Source: a virus
Taxonomy: Duplodnaviria; Caudoviricetes
Strand: one strand, 5' to 3'
Length of the DNA: 64,000 bases
IMG/VR virus record: IMGVR_UViG_3300035670_000197
Location: 318 to 64,317 of that record
Under the pieces are notes generated by a model, which saw only the letters and a list, made by a program, of their open reading frames with translations, had not been told where the DNA came from and did not search any database. Positions 27,996-37,035 of this stretch are shown in pieces (position 1 is the stretch's first letter; each line of letters starts with the position of its first letter). The position numbers and the translations under genes are program-made.

Positions 27996-28238
27996 ATGAA
28001 GACTTACTCAGTAGCCATCACCGCAAAGGGAGTGACCTATCACTTCCATGTGGACACCATCAACAAGGTCAGGGAGTTGTTCGCTGGCTCATGTGACATC
28101 ACCGTATTCGATGTGTGGTCACAGACTGACCGCATCAACGAGCGACCCATCATCGAGCGTCTGACTGAGGCTCAGGTCAATGACATCATCTGGGGTCGCA
28201 CCGCACAGGTGCAAATCCTGCAGGGCGCAGTCGCCTAA
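27996..28238 (+). CDS. Hypothetical early protein
   Basis: AACGACGAAGGGAC leader; followed by hairpin 28256-28300. Confidence 0.7.
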   Translation: MKTYSVAITAKGVTYHFHVDTINKVRELFAGSCDITVFDVWSQTDRINERPIIERLTEAQVNDIIWGRTAQVQILQGAVA

Positions 28239-28330
28239 TCCGCACAGCACACAGTCTCCCCCTCTGGATGGTCACCCCCCGACTATCTGGAGGGGGTTCT
28301 ACTTTTTTCTGAGAAAGTTCACCGCAATAC

Positions 28331-28359
28331 TTGACAGAGTGCAGGAAGGTTGCTAATCT
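28331..28359 (+). promoter_or_regulatory. Sigma-A-type promoter with spacer motif
   Basis: TTGACA-gagTGCAGGAAGGTtgc-TAATCT. Confidence 0.8.
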
Positions 28360-28393
28360 TTCTACTGTCAGCAAACAACGACGAAAGGACATC

Positions 28394-28774
28394 ATGTCAA
28401 ACAAGTACCTAGCAGTCACGACTGAGGGAGTCATCTCAGTCATCACCGCAACGAACGAGGACAGCCTCAGCAAGTTGCAGGAGGCAGTAGGGGGCTGGGT
28501 TCAGGTTATTGACCTCAGCGACACCCTCAGCCTCTGGTGCAACGAGGAGGGCAAACTCATCAACCTTCCGCACAATCCTTACGCTCAGGTCATCTGGGAT
28601 GAGGTGTTCGGAGCACACACCGACTACATCGTGGGCGATGTTGTGTTCACAGGTGGCACAGACGACGAGGGCTACACGCTGGGCATCTCTGAGGAGCAGG
28701 AACAGCGAGTGCGTCAGGCAGTCGCAAAGGCTCAGCAGTTCGTGCTTCCACGAGTGGTCATCACGAGCAACTAA
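28394..28774 (+). CDS. DUF3846-family protein
   Basis: LQEAVGGWVQ...LWCNEEGKL..LPHNPYA...IVGDVVFTG; start after AACGACGAAAGGAC. Confidence 0.8.
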   Translation: MSNKYLAVTTEGVISVITATNEDSLSKLQEAVGGWVQVIDLSDTLSLWCNEEGKLINLPHNPYAQVIWDEVFGAHTDYIVGDVVFTGGTDDEGYTLGISEEQEQRVRQAVAKAQQFVLPRVVITSN

Positions 28775-28859
28775 TCAAAGTGCAGAAGACCCCTCACCCA
28801 ATGGGTGGGGGGTTCTTCTGTAGATACGCACAGGTAAAAAATACGAAAGGACACAAGAA

Positions 28860-29159
28860 GTGGACATCACGAAGGTTCGACAAGAAGGGCTGGGAGACGG
28901 GTTCTCAGTTCTCAATCCGCACGATGGGTTCCGACAGGACAACAGGCTCTGGTTCGGGACATGCTCAAAGTGTGGGGAGATGGTCACCAACAGCACCCTG
29001 CATGGCTACTGGGAGCACACCATCTACACACGCAAGGAGTATTGGAGCCAGAAAGGCTACGAGTCAGGCATCTGCAACAGTTCGACATCTCACAATGTCG
29101 CCTACTGCCCAACCGCACGAGGCGAGACTCATCAGACCGAAGTTGTTCTGAAGTTCTAA
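28860..29159 (+). CDS. Hypothetical protein (CSKC motif)
   Basis: GTG after ACGAAAGGAC. Confidence 0.65.
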   Translation: MDITKVRQEGLGDGFSVLNPHDGFRQDNRLWFGTCSKCGEMVTNSTLHGYWEHTIYTRKEYWSQKGYESGICNSSTSHNVAYCPTARGETHQTEVVLKF

Positions 29160-29185
29160 AACTCTGACACACCCCTCTGCCATAC

Positions 29186-29215
29186 TTGACAGAGTGCAGG
29201 AAGGTGTGAGATGAT
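29186..29215 (+). promoter_or_regulatory. Sigma-A-type promoter with spacer motif
   Basis: TTGACA-gagTGCAGGAAGGT...; -10 weaker (GATGAT). Confidence 0.65.
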
Positions 29216-29244
29216 TACATCAACAACGACGAAAGGAAGTCCCA

Positions 29245-29502
29245 ATGGGCTGGAACCTACCCCCCGGAGTAACAGGCAACGAGTACGAAATCGCCGGGCC
29301 AGACAGAGAGTGGAGCGACACACGAGAGGTGTCATGCTCTAACGACGAGTGCACCGCATACGAGCAGGAAATCGAAGTAGATGTGGACATACAGTCCTAC
29401 CGAGGCGAGGCTTGGTTCTCATGGACATGCACCGCATGTGGTCACGAGGATGAAGTCACCTACGACCTAGACGACGAAAGAGATTACGACCCTTACGACT
29501 AA
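29245..29502 (+). CDS. Zn-ribbon-like acidic protein
   Basis: MGWNLPPGVTG...C..C...CTAC; leader motif upstream. Confidence 0.7.
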   Translation: MGWNLPPGVTGNEYEIAGPDREWSDTREVSCSNDECTAYEQEIEVDVDIQSYRGEAWFSWTCTACGHEDEVTYDLDDERDYDPYD

Positions 29503-29519
29503 GGGCTACAAAGAAAGAA

Positions 29520-29556
29520 CCCCCGAAGGTAAAAAATACCGACGGGGGCTTTTTCG
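29520..29556 (+). terminator. Intrinsic terminator between convergent genes
   Basis: CCCCG...CGGGGG followed by TTTTT. Confidence 0.6.
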
Positions 29557-29564
29557 TTTCTAAG

Positions 29565-29828
29565 TTATTTGCGTTTGGACCTGGAGCTGGACTCCGCAGC
29601 AGCGAACACTTGCTCAATCTCCGCATGAGTTAGGTCGCCATCTTTCAGATACGCACGACTCAGAGCCTCAATCACAGAGGCAGCACCGCCAATGCCTGCC
29701 ATCAAAGCAGCCTGCCAAATCTCAACTCCTACAAGCGCACCAGCACCAATAACTGACAAAGCAGAGACGGCGAAGGTGGCGAGGACACGACCAACAATGG
29801 TTTTGGCTTTTGCTGGGCTTATTGCCAT
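29565..29828 (-). CDS. Holin-like membrane protein
   Basis: Two hydrophobic helices, ...LSRAYLKDGDLT.. tail; adjacent to lysis-type genes. Confidence 0.55.
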   Translation of the reverse strand: MAISPAKAKTIVGRVLATFAVSALSVIGAGALVGVEIWQAALMAGIGGAASVIEALSRAYLKDGDLTHAEIEQVFAAAESSSRSKRK

Positions 29829-29912
29829 AAATCCCCTCCTAAAAACAATCAACGCCCGACAAATCCATCATAGAGGACTTGACGAGCGTTGATTATAGAG
29901 ATTAGGGCAGGT

Positions 29913-30398
29913 CTAAGGCAGAACCTTGACTGTTGTCCTCTCAAATAGAGCCTCGATGACTGCTTGGTCGTTACATGTAACTGCCTCAATGCCTTTTTCT
30001 TTTTGGAAAGCACACAAAGCCGCACAAGTTCCATCACCAATGTCACCGCGCTTATCAGAACCTGCTTCATAGTGACCCAACTCAATGAGTCGAGTCTGAA
30101 CAGCAGCAACTGACGCAGAGTTTCGAGCGAGACTTCTGAAATCAACAGCAGACATGTAAACAACTACATCGTTTTTGAGGTTGGTCTTCACGGCTGCCAC
30201 ATTTTTTACCTTTTTGGCAGCAGGCTCTGGTTCAGCAACCACTTCTGGTTCTGGAGCCTGGATTTCCTCAACCGCAACAACTTCAGCGACTTCGAGTGCA
30301 CGTTCGTGGATGGTTCCATCCTGAACAAGCCCATCAGCATCGCCATCTACCGCATCTGCTTTGTATTCAGCATCACGCAGGTACTTTTCTTCACCCAT
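29913..30398 (-). CDS. Peptidoglycan-binding domain protein
   Basis: SVAAVQTRLIELGH...GDIGDGTCAALCAFQKEKGI. Confidence 0.65.
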   Translation of the reverse strand: MGEEKYLRDAEYKADAVDGDADGLVQDGTIHERALEVAEVVAVEEIQAPEPEVVAEPEPAAKKVKNVAAVKTNLKNDVVVYMSAVDFRSLARNSASVAAVQTRLIELGHYEAGSDKRGDIGDGTCAALCAFQKEKGIEAVTCNDQAVIEALFERTTVKVLP

Positions 30399-30405
30399 TG
30401 CATCC

Positions 30406-31110
30406 TCACTTTTCTGGGTACTGGGTTAGCCAATACGGTATGTCGCCAACCTTTCCTCCATTATACGCATTGGGTCCAACCCCCCATGCCCCGAAATCAG
30501 TACCTTTACTTGACATCTTGTAGGCAATACCCGCATTGACAAGCGGGTCGAACAAGTCTTCGTAACTGCTCAGGTTGTATCGCTCCATCCTGTCTTTACC
30601 GAGGTTCCCAATCATGTTGATTTGGAACAAACCGTAGGAGTTATCACCTGTATTGGAGTTCCCATTGTGAGCCACTGGTCTTCCTCTGGACTCACGCATA
30701 ACAATCGCCCAAGCCATCCGCAAAGATTCTCCCTCAAAACCAACATGGGCAAGAAGGTCACGCAAAACTTTTGGTTCGAGGACTTCTGCTTCGAGCGATG
30801 CAACAAGTTGTTGAGACTTCAGCGCAGCTGTTGGTTGTGTTGTCGAGGTGGTAGGGGCATTTTTTACCTTTTCCATCCTCAGCAGTTCCATCTCGTAGGT
30901 GTAGTGCTTCTTTTTCATGGAGTCTTCTAACTCCAAAGAGAAAACTTTCTCCTCCGCATACTTAGGTGTACTTGTCGTTGTTGTCGCTTCTTCCACTAGG
31001 TCACTTGCGTATGCGACTTTGACCACGAGGGTCACAAGGAGCAAGCCCATCACTCCTGCTACTAGTACTGCTCTATTTCTGGTTTTGTCCTTGGTTGGAT
31101 ACAAAAGCAT
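30406..31110 (-). CDS. Membrane-anchored lytic transglycosylase (lysozyme-like)
   Basis: AIVMRESRG...SYGLFQINM...DPLVNA; N-terminal TM segment. Confidence 0.85.
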   Translation of the reverse strand: MLLYPTKDKTRNRAVLVAGVMGLLLVTLVVKVAYASDLVEEATTTTSTPKYAEEKVFSLELEDSMKKKHYTYEMELLRMEKVKNAPTTSTTQPTAALKSQQLVASLEAEVLEPKVLRDLLAHVGFEGESLRMAWAIVMRESRGRPVAHNGNSNTGDNSYGLFQINMIGNLGKDRMERYNLSSYEDLFDPLVNAGIAYKMSSKGTDFGAWGVGPNAYNGGKVGDIPYWLTQYPEK

Positions 31111-31253
31111 CTCCTAACTGTTGGGGACACGACAACCGCACTCACGGGGGCGGTAGACATCGCTCAGTCGTATGTCTTTAGGTCTCTACAAGCATAGCAC
31201 AATGCAGGAAAGTCCCCCCTGTTTTTTGCAGGGAGGACTATCCGCAAAGGTAC

Positions 31254-31850
31254 TTAGACCCCGAAAGCCTTTCGACAATCCGGGCCAAGTCGCAACTGAC
31301 GAGACACCTCGTCTGTCAGTTCTGCTCCGCAACGACCACAGCATTGGTAGTGGTCAGCGAACAACTTTGTGTAGTTGTAGGGGTCACGCTTGATGATGCG
31401 TGCAAACACGAGTGCATCTGCCATCGGCATCATTGAGCGCATGAAAGAGCCGGGTGCTCCGTGTAACTGCTTGATGTATGTCTTGCCCTGATACTTGCGG
31501 ATTTCGACAAACACCATGTCATTGTTGATTGGCTTCTCTAGCAAGTCCATCATCACTTCACCAGCAGGGATTGCGTACTTCGCAGTAGGCATCGCCTCAA
31601 TCTCTTGCTTCAGTTCGAGGTACAACTTCTGCTTCTCGTTGAGGTTGTCCGCAGGTGCATCTGCCTTGATTTCCGCATTGGGGAGACCGAGGAAGATAGT
31701 GATGAACGAGGATGCAATCTTCTTCGTCATCGTTTCCTTGTTCACGAGGTACTGCATCTTGATTGCTTCAGGCACAGCCTTCTGCACGAGCAAGTCCTCA
31801 ATGAACTTCAGTTGCTTTTCTGTTGCTTGGTCTGCTGTCATTATCGTCAT
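31254..31850 (-). CDS. DUF6011-type Zn-finger protein
   Basis: ATEKQLKFI N-terminus; CCGRCGAELTDEVSRQLRLGPDC. Confidence 0.75.
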   Translation of the reverse strand: MTIMTADQATEKQLKFIEDLLVQKAVPEAIKMQYLVNKETMTKKIASSFITIFLGLPNAEIKADAPADNLNEKQKLYLELKQEIEAMPTAKYAIPAGEVMMDLLEKPINNDMVFVEIRKYQGKTYIKQLHGAPGSFMRSMMPMADALVFARIIKRDPYNYTKLFADHYQCCGRCGAELTDEVSRQLRLGPDCRKAFGV

Positions 31851-31874
31851 TTTGTATGACCTCCTATGAATACC

Positions 31875-31903
31875 AATCTACCTGACTTTTGCAGGAAAGT
31901 CAA
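31875..31903 (-). promoter_or_regulatory. Promoter with inverted spacer motif
   Basis: TTGACT-ttcctgcaaaagtcagg-TAGATT. Confidence 0.7.
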
Positions 31904-31904
31904 G

Positions 31905-32072
31905 TCACTTGTCTCTAGAGGCAAGGGTGGCACTTGTCACACCGCACAGACCAAAGGCGACGACCCAAGCCATCTCCCCCAGACCAGCAGACACAAGAGC
32001 ACCCAGACCGCAAGCAGTTGCGATGACAGATGTCCAGACTAAGTTCCGAACAAGTTCCCGAAGTTGCTTCAT
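31905..32072 (-). CDS. Small membrane protein (55 aa, not in ORF track)
   Basis: MKQLRELVRNLVWTSVIATACGLGALV...; ATGA overlap with upstream gene. Confidence 0.6.
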   Translation of the reverse strand: MKQLRELVRNLVWTSVIATACGLGALVSAGLGEMAWVVAFGLCGVTSATLASRDK

Positions 32073-32281
32073 CGAGTCTCCTCGATGGGCTGGCTCAGAG
32101 TCTTGTCGGGGCGAGTTCGACCTACCAAGCGTGCGCTTGGGTCACGGAACTCAACTCCTTGTGCCCAGATTGCCTTGCGTGCAGTTCGATAAGCCACCCC
32201 CAGTTGAGATGCGACTGCCTCTACTGACATGCCATTGGAGTACAACTCGGCAGCCTGCTCAGCGATGCGCTGATGCTTCAT
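32069..32281 (-). CDS. Helix-turn-helix protein
   Basis: LYSNGMSVEAVASQLGVAYRTARKAI. Confidence 0.75.
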   Translation of the reverse strand: MKHQRIAEQAAELYSNGMSVEAVASQLGVAYRTARKAIWAQGVEFRDPSARLVGRTRPDKTLSQPIEETR

Positions 32282-32300
32282 TTTTTACTTTTCCTTTCGT

Positions 32301-32486
32301 CTAGTTGGTTTCTTGGTTTCTCCGCATTTCAGCAGAAGATTTCAGTTCTCCAGAGCAGAACCTACAAACAACTTGATGTTCTGGCGTGGTTTGTCCAGAC
32401 CAGAACCTTGTTCCGCACTCTCGAATAACGAGGCACATGAACTCTTGGTCATTGAGGTCTATCTCTTGGTTTTTTACCTCACTCAC
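32301..32486 (-). CDS. Small Zn-ribbon protein
   Basis: C....ECG...CRFC. Confidence 0.55.
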   Translation of the reverse strand: MSEVKNQEIDLNDQEFMCLVIRECGTRFWSGQTTPEHQVVCRFCSGELKSSAEMRRNQETN

Positions 32487-32488
32487 GA

Positions 32489-32989
32489 TTACTCCTCAAC
32501 AGGTCTCTGAACCGCATGTTCTGCGATTTCATCTGCTGGTTGTCCCATGCTTGCGACCCAATCTTTGATGTGGTCGTCAGTTGGCATACCAACATGTCTA
32601 CCTTCCTTCCATGTGAAAGGCGTTGTCTGACCTTTCGGTAACACAAACAGGTGGTACTGATTTGCTGTGTCAATGAGTTGGTCGTCTGGTGGGAAGATTT
32701 CGATTGCTTCTCTGTCCAGACCTGCAAGTTCGTTCTTGATGCGTTGGAGATGTCTCCAGTCACGCACCGCACGACGCTTGTGGTCTCGGATGCTCAGATG
32801 GATTGCTCCATCTTCTTTACCTTCCAACAGATGTCGGTGCACGACATAGTGAGAGTTCACCCAGAGAGTTTCGTTCTCAACGAGTGCGTCTTCTCGCACA
32901 ACTCCATTTCGCATCGGCGTTGCCTCCGCAAAGCGAGTCCACTCTCTTGGTGGCGTTGCACCTCCTCGGTGCTTTCCCTTCTTAGCCAT
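32489..32989 (-). CDS. Hypothetical protein (HLSI...DWRHLQRIKNEL family)
   Basis: Conserved-looking phage motif ...AIEIFP...NQYHLF; ATG 32989. Confidence 0.7.
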   Translation of the reverse strand: MAKKGKHRGGATPPREWTRFAEATPMRNGVVREDALVENETLWVNSHYVVHRHLLEGKEDGAIHLSIRDHKRRAVRDWRHLQRIKNELAGLDREAIEIFPPDDQLIDTANQYHLFVLPKGQTTPFTWKEGRHVGMPTDDHIKDWVASMGQPADEIAEHAVQRPVEE

Positions 32990-33203
32990 TGGTGCTTCTT
33001 TCGATGTCCTTCTCAAGACACTCAAGCATGTCGCCCCAGCAATAACCATCTGAAGTCCACCACAGGTTTCCAATCACTTGGAACATGATGAACAGAAACA
33101 GAGCAACAATCGCTGTGAAAAACCAGCGACGGCGTATTACATACTTGCGTTCCATGTTCCATTTAGAAGTGTCGAACAGTTCACTTAGAACTAACTCAAA
33201 CAT
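32982..33203 (-). CDS. Small membrane protein
   Basis: ATG after leader motif; one TM helix. Confidence 0.65.
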   Translation of the reverse strand: MFELVLSELFDTSKWNMERKYVIRRRWFFTAIVALFLFIMFQVIGNLWWTSDGYCWGDMLECLEKDIERSTNG

Positions 33204-33247
33204 TTGCTGTCCTTTCGTCGTTTCGGTGTAACTAACCTGACAAGTAC

Positions 33248-33276
33248 AGGATAGTAGACCTTCCTGCACTTGTCAA
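33248..33276 (-). promoter_or_regulatory. Promoter with spacer motif
   Basis: TTGACA-agTGCAGGAAGGTctac-TATCCT. Confidence 0.75.
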
Positions 33277-33279
33277 GCA

Positions 33280-33903
33280 TTAGTTCTTCAGCGTGTTGCC
33301 ACGCCAAGCATCTGGGTCTTGTGAAAGCAAGAACTTCTCAAACTGCCTGTTGCACAGAGCGTATGAACTCCTCTTCTTTCGGATGAGGTCAATCGCATCT
33401 CGTGCAGACATCCCATCTCGGATGAGCACGAGGGCTGTAATGAGTCCAGACCTGTTCCAACCTGCTTGGCATCGGATGAGAACCTTCTTGCCCTTCTTCC
33501 AGTCCGCATGTGCGCTCCGCACGATGTCAAACAGGTCTTCGGCATCGAAGTCACTCATCACGCTGTCCCAAACTCCATAACGAAGTTCTTTGACATGCCA
33601 ATCCACAGGATTTGCATCCGCATACATCGTGACAACTGTGTCGAACTGCTTTGTTGTGATGAAAGGCTTTTCGAGTTGGTGCATGACATCATTGTCATCC
33701 GTACCACCCTGCCACAGACCCTTCACGATTTCTGACCAAAGCGGTTGCGCTAGGTACGAGTCGTACTTGCTGTAATCAGGTCTTTCGAGTTCTTCGAGAG
33801 ACATCTCTTCCTCCGCATCTTCTAATAGGTTTGCGATGTCGGAGTGTTCTGTCCAGTACTCCCACTCTTCGTTTGTCATTTCGTTTATTCTCTTGACTTC
33901 CAT
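33280..33903 (-). CDS. Dual-specificity / tyrosine protein phosphatase
   Basis: CX5R loop VLIRCQAGWNRSG; LWQGG. Confidence 0.85.
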   Translation of the reverse strand: MEVKRINEMTNEEWEYWTEHSDIANLLEDAEEEMSLEELERPDYSKYDSYLAQPLWSEIVKGLWQGGTDDNDVMHQLEKPFITTKQFDTVVTMYADANPVDWHVKELRYGVWDSVMSDFDAEDLFDIVRSAHADWKKGKKVLIRCQAGWNRSGLITALVLIRDGMSARDAIDLIRKKRSSYALCNRQFEKFLLSQDPDAWRGNTLKN

Positions 33904-33936
33904 TTGTGTCCTTTCGTCGTTTGGTTGTCTAGGTCA

Positions 33937-33965
33937 AGTGTATCAGACCTACCTGCATTTTGCAA
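33937..33965 (-). promoter_or_regulatory. Promoter with spacer motif
   Basis: TTGCAA-aaTGCAGGTAGGTctga-TACACT. Confidence 0.7.
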
Positions 33966-33981
33966 CTTGGGTGTTTTGGGC

Positions 33982-34182
33982 TTACTTGACCCAATACCTC
34001 CAACTGCTCCACCAGCGAGGGATTTCCTTACCCCTCCCCTTCACGAGGTAGACAAGGCTCCAAAACAAGTATCCGAGCAACTTGATGAACAGCCCATCGT
34101 TTGGGCTTACATAGTTGCGACGGCGACCCCCACGCAACCTCTTGTAGGTTCCGTAGACTGCGCTATCTGGTAATCCGTACAT
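33982..34182 (-). CDS. Hypothetical basic/membrane protein
   Basis: ORF with promoter 34226-34255 upstream. Confidence 0.55.
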   Translation of the reverse strand: MYGLPDSAVYGTYKRLRGGRRRNYVSPNDGLFIKLLGYLFWSLVYLVKGRGKEIPRWWSSWRYWVK

Positions 34183-34225
34183 CTTTCGTCGTTTCCTTTT
34201 CTGAACCTATTTGGTTCATAACTAC

Positions 34226-34255
34226 ATAGTAGCAGAAAGTGCAGGAAGATGTCAA
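34226..34255 (-). promoter_or_regulatory. Promoter with inverted spacer motif
   Basis: TTGACA-tcttcctgcactttctgc-TACTAT. Confidence 0.7.
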
Positions 34256-34297
34256 GTCCATTTGCAAAAGATTTTTAGACCTGCCTATGCTGTGGGA

Positions 34298-34465
34298 CTA
34301 CCTCCCCAACAGGGGGGTGGCTTTTTAGGATAGAAAAACTATCGAGGGTCGGCACAGACTTAGGCAAAGTGTCCTGTGCATCTAGACGGCAAGCCCTCCG
34401 CAGACCATCTGGTTTGCACCGCAAAGAGATTTGCCTCACCTGAGCAAGTGTCAAAACTGCTTCCC
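34298..34465 (+). ncRNA. Candidate structured non-coding RNA ending in a pseudoknot
   Basis: Own promoter TTGCAA-18-TATGCT (34262-34291); five hairpins, with G-U pairs favouring the + strand. Confidence 0.5.
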
Positions 34466-34473
34466 TTATGGGG

Positions 34474-35046
34474 CTAGGACTCTTCTTTCTTCTGAACAAG
34501 AAGATGCACAGGCTCTGCTGAGTTCGAGTCAAAACGGCACGCAATCGAGACCGCACTCTTCACCATGTTCCTCGCTGAGGTCACGCTGCGTTTTTTACCT
34601 TCGAGGGTTGCTTGCAGCGCACCAAGCGCATAGCCAGCACCAGTTCCTGCTGCGTAGATGCCATCCGCATCTCGACACCAGTCGTAGTTCGAGCCAATGT
34701 CATAGATGACTCCATTGACAACGCAAATGATGTGCGAGTCGTGTTCTCCCTTTTCACCGTACTGAGCGTCATCAAAGCAGGACTTCAGAGCAGGTATGAA
34801 CTTCGAGGAGATAAACCTATCTAACCTGACGCCCTCATCCCGAGGGTTTGGTGGAGGTGGCTTCAGCACATGACCAAGCAAGTTGATTGCCCGCATATCC
34901 CCCGCTGCGCCAAGAAGGTAATCGCCATTTTTTACCACCTTGCCAGCATTAAATGGCAGCAAGTACACACGCTCATCATCAACGACTCTTGAGTCGAAAC
35001 CAACAACAGCCCAACCACTTCCCTGTACCGCAGCAATCGTGGTCAT
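34474..35046 (-). CDS. Ntn-hydrolase, proteasome beta/HslV-like peptidase
   Basis: MTTIAAV...VVGFDSRV...GKV...GAAG...AGTGAGYALGAL. Confidence 0.8.
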   Translation of the reverse strand: MTTIAAVQGSGWAVVGFDSRVVDDERVYLLPFNAGKVVKNGDYLLGAAGDMRAINLLGHVLKPPPPNPRDEGVRLDRFISSKFIPALKSCFDDAQYGEKGEHDSHIICVVNGVIYDIGSNYDWCRDADGIYAAGTGAGYALGALQATLEGKKRSVTSARNMVKSAVSIACRFDSNSAEPVHLLVQKKEES

Positions 35047-35113
35047 CTCAGCTCACCTCCTCCCTAAGTTGTTTGCATCTCCAGCAGCCGCAGCTGCCGC
35101 ATCAACGAAATTT

Positions 35114-35365
35114 TTACTTTTCTCCGTAGGAGTCCCAAAGCACATCACGAAGTTGTTCTTCATACTCCGCTGCTGGTGTGGAGTTCGAGATGTCCTCTTC
35201 CTCAATCAGGCTGTCAAGCGAAAGAACAGCCGTGCACCCTTCCTCTTGGAACATGATGACCAACTTGGTCTTTCCATCATTTGGGTCATCAACAATCGAG
35301 GCGACATACGGCGCAGACCCGAGGTTTTCATGCAGAACTCTGTCCACGATGCTTAGGTTTTCCAT
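35114..35365 (-). CDS. Hypothetical protein
   Basis: ORF track. Confidence 0.6.
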   Translation of the reverse strand: MENLSIVDRVLHENLGSAPYVASIVDDPNDGKTKLVIMFQEEGCTAVLSLDSLIEEEDISNSTPAAEYEEQLRDVLWDSYGEK

Positions 35366-35553
35366 GCCTCAACTTTACAATGGCCTGTCCGCATCGTTTG
35401 GGAGGCGACACGACTTCCCTCCCCCTCAGGGAGTAGGAGGAGAGAAGCGGTGGCGATAGCGAACCACCTCATCGTTGGGTGGCGAGTGAACTCAAGCCAG
35501 CCCCAACGGTAGTTCTAGGATAGAACAGCCGAAGGGGGGTGATTTTTACCTAT

Positions 35554-35775
35554 TTAGTCCTCTACAAGACCTATTTCATGGGAAACCTTCTCCAAGTCCC
35601 AGCCGTAATACTCCTGCATCCAGACCTGAGCCAGCCGTATCGCAAACTGCTCGTCATCTTCTTCGGGGAGCCTGAGTTTCTCATCCAGAACCACCGTGGT
35701 CATCAGGCTGAAGTACTCGCCCACGAACATCACGGTCTTTGACAAGGAGATGTCGTCAATCGCTTCAGCCGACAT
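35554..35775 (-). CDS. Hypothetical acidic protein
   Basis: ORF track. Confidence 0.6.
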   Translation of the reverse strand: MSAEAIDDISLSKTVMFVGEYFSLMTTVVLDEKLRLPEEDDEQFAIRLAQVWMQEYYGWDLEKVSHEIGLVED

Positions 35776-35953
35776 TTTTACCTACGACCTCCCACCTGTC
35801 TTCACCTTCGATAAGACCGAGCGATGAACCCGAGTCCCATTTGACATGCACCGTGCCCATGTCATCAACAAGAGTCACCGTGCCCTCCTCTCCGTACTTC
35901 AGTCGTGTGTACGGGTCGCTCGTTGATACGAGCCGAACTCTCTGTCCTTTCAT
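35765..35953 (-). CDS. DUF4314-family protein
   Basis: GQRVRLV..DPY..L..GEEGTV..VDDMGTVHVKWDSGSSLGLI..ED. Confidence 0.85.
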   Translation of the reverse strand: MKGQRVRLVSTSDPYTRLKYGEEGTVTLVDDMGTVHVKWDSGSSLGLIEGEDRWEVVGKNVG

Positions 35954-36195
35954 CGGTCTTGCTCCTGAAGGTACATCGCAATCTCTTCCTGAGTTGCGCC
36001 TTGATGCTTCTGCAAGCGAACCCAGAGGTCGCCTGTCCGTGCGTACATGTCCATCAGCGCAAACAACTTGTCCATGCTGTAATCCTTGTGGTTGCGGTGT
36101 CTCTCAATGTTCTCTTCGATGAACCGCATGAACATCGAAACAGAAAGCGTGAGTATCTCCGCATCTGCTTCGCTCGTGTGAAATGGCTCTGTCAT
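35950..36195 (-). CDS. Hypothetical protein
   Basis: Leader motif and promoter 36235-36263 upstream. Confidence 0.65.
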   Translation of the reverse strand: MTEPFHTSEADAEILTLSVSMFMRFIEENIERHRNHKDYSMDKLFALMDMYARTGDLWVRLQKHQGATQEEIAMYLQEQDR

Positions 36196-36431
36196 TTGTC
36201 CTTCATCCTTTCGTCGTTTTACTTGGACAAGTCCATCGTACTACTTCTCTGCACTTCAGTCAAGTCTTTCCGTAGATTTCTTTTTTCGTGTGTCCGCACG
36301 AAATCATCAAAACCTGCACCAGGTCGAAACAACTTTCTTACCTCTGACCAGCCATTGACCGAACTGAACGACTTGACCATAAAAATAAGAAAGCCCCCCA
36401 CCCTTCCGAATGAGGAGCTTTTTTCTTCGTT

Positions 36432-36746
36432 CTATTTCTTTTTTGATTTTTTACTTTTGTAAGTTTTTCTGATGCCTGATTTTTCGGCTTTCAGTTTCCC
36501 AATCTGCTTTCGCAAGACTTCTATGTGTTCCTGAAGAACTCCAATCTCAAAGTCAATACCTTCTTGCAATAAAAGAAATCCTTTTTCTCCAAGAATACCG
36601 CGCTCATACTTTCGCCTCATGGCTCGGTAGTTTTCGCAGTCTAGGCAATACCTATCTTTGCCTCGAACATAACCCCATCGGTTGTGGCCTCGCTGACAAT
36701 GGTCAGTTCCTCGTATTCTTTTCACCTTTGTAGAGACTTCTAACAT
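36432..36746 (-). CDS. Hypothetical protein with CQRGH...CLDC Zn motif
   Basis: ORF track. Confidence 0.6.
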   Translation of the reverse strand: MLEVSTKVKRIRGTDHCQRGHNRWGYVRGKDRYCLDCENYRAMRRKYERGILGEKGFLLLQEGIDFEIGVLQEHIEVLRKQIGKLKAEKSGIRKTYKSKKSKKK

Positions 36747-36748
36747 TT

Positions 36749-36949
36749 TTACTCGTCAATGTTTTCTGGAGTCTCATACTCGAACTCGCCACTTCCCTTG
36801 ATATTCTGCTCGAACTTCGGCAAGTCGGTCATTTTCATTTCGCCATTTTTCACTTTTTCCAGTAGTTCGACGGCGTGCTCTTCAGAGTCTGCCTCTAGCC
36901 ACAGTTTTCCGTATTCGCCTGTCGAATACCAAACCTCAAAGGTTGCCAT
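36749..36949 (-). CDS. Hypothetical protein
   Basis: ATG 36949 after AGGAAA. Confidence 0.6.
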   Translation of the reverse strand: MATFEVWYSTGEYGKLWLEADSEEHAVELLEKVKNGEMKMTDLPKFEQNIKGSGEFEYETPENIDE

Positions 36950-37035
36950 TTTTACTTTCCTATCATTTCGTCGTTCTGATTTTTTACACCAAGAAACCCC
37001 CCACCCCTGAGGGGTGAGGGGCTTCTCTCGGTGGA

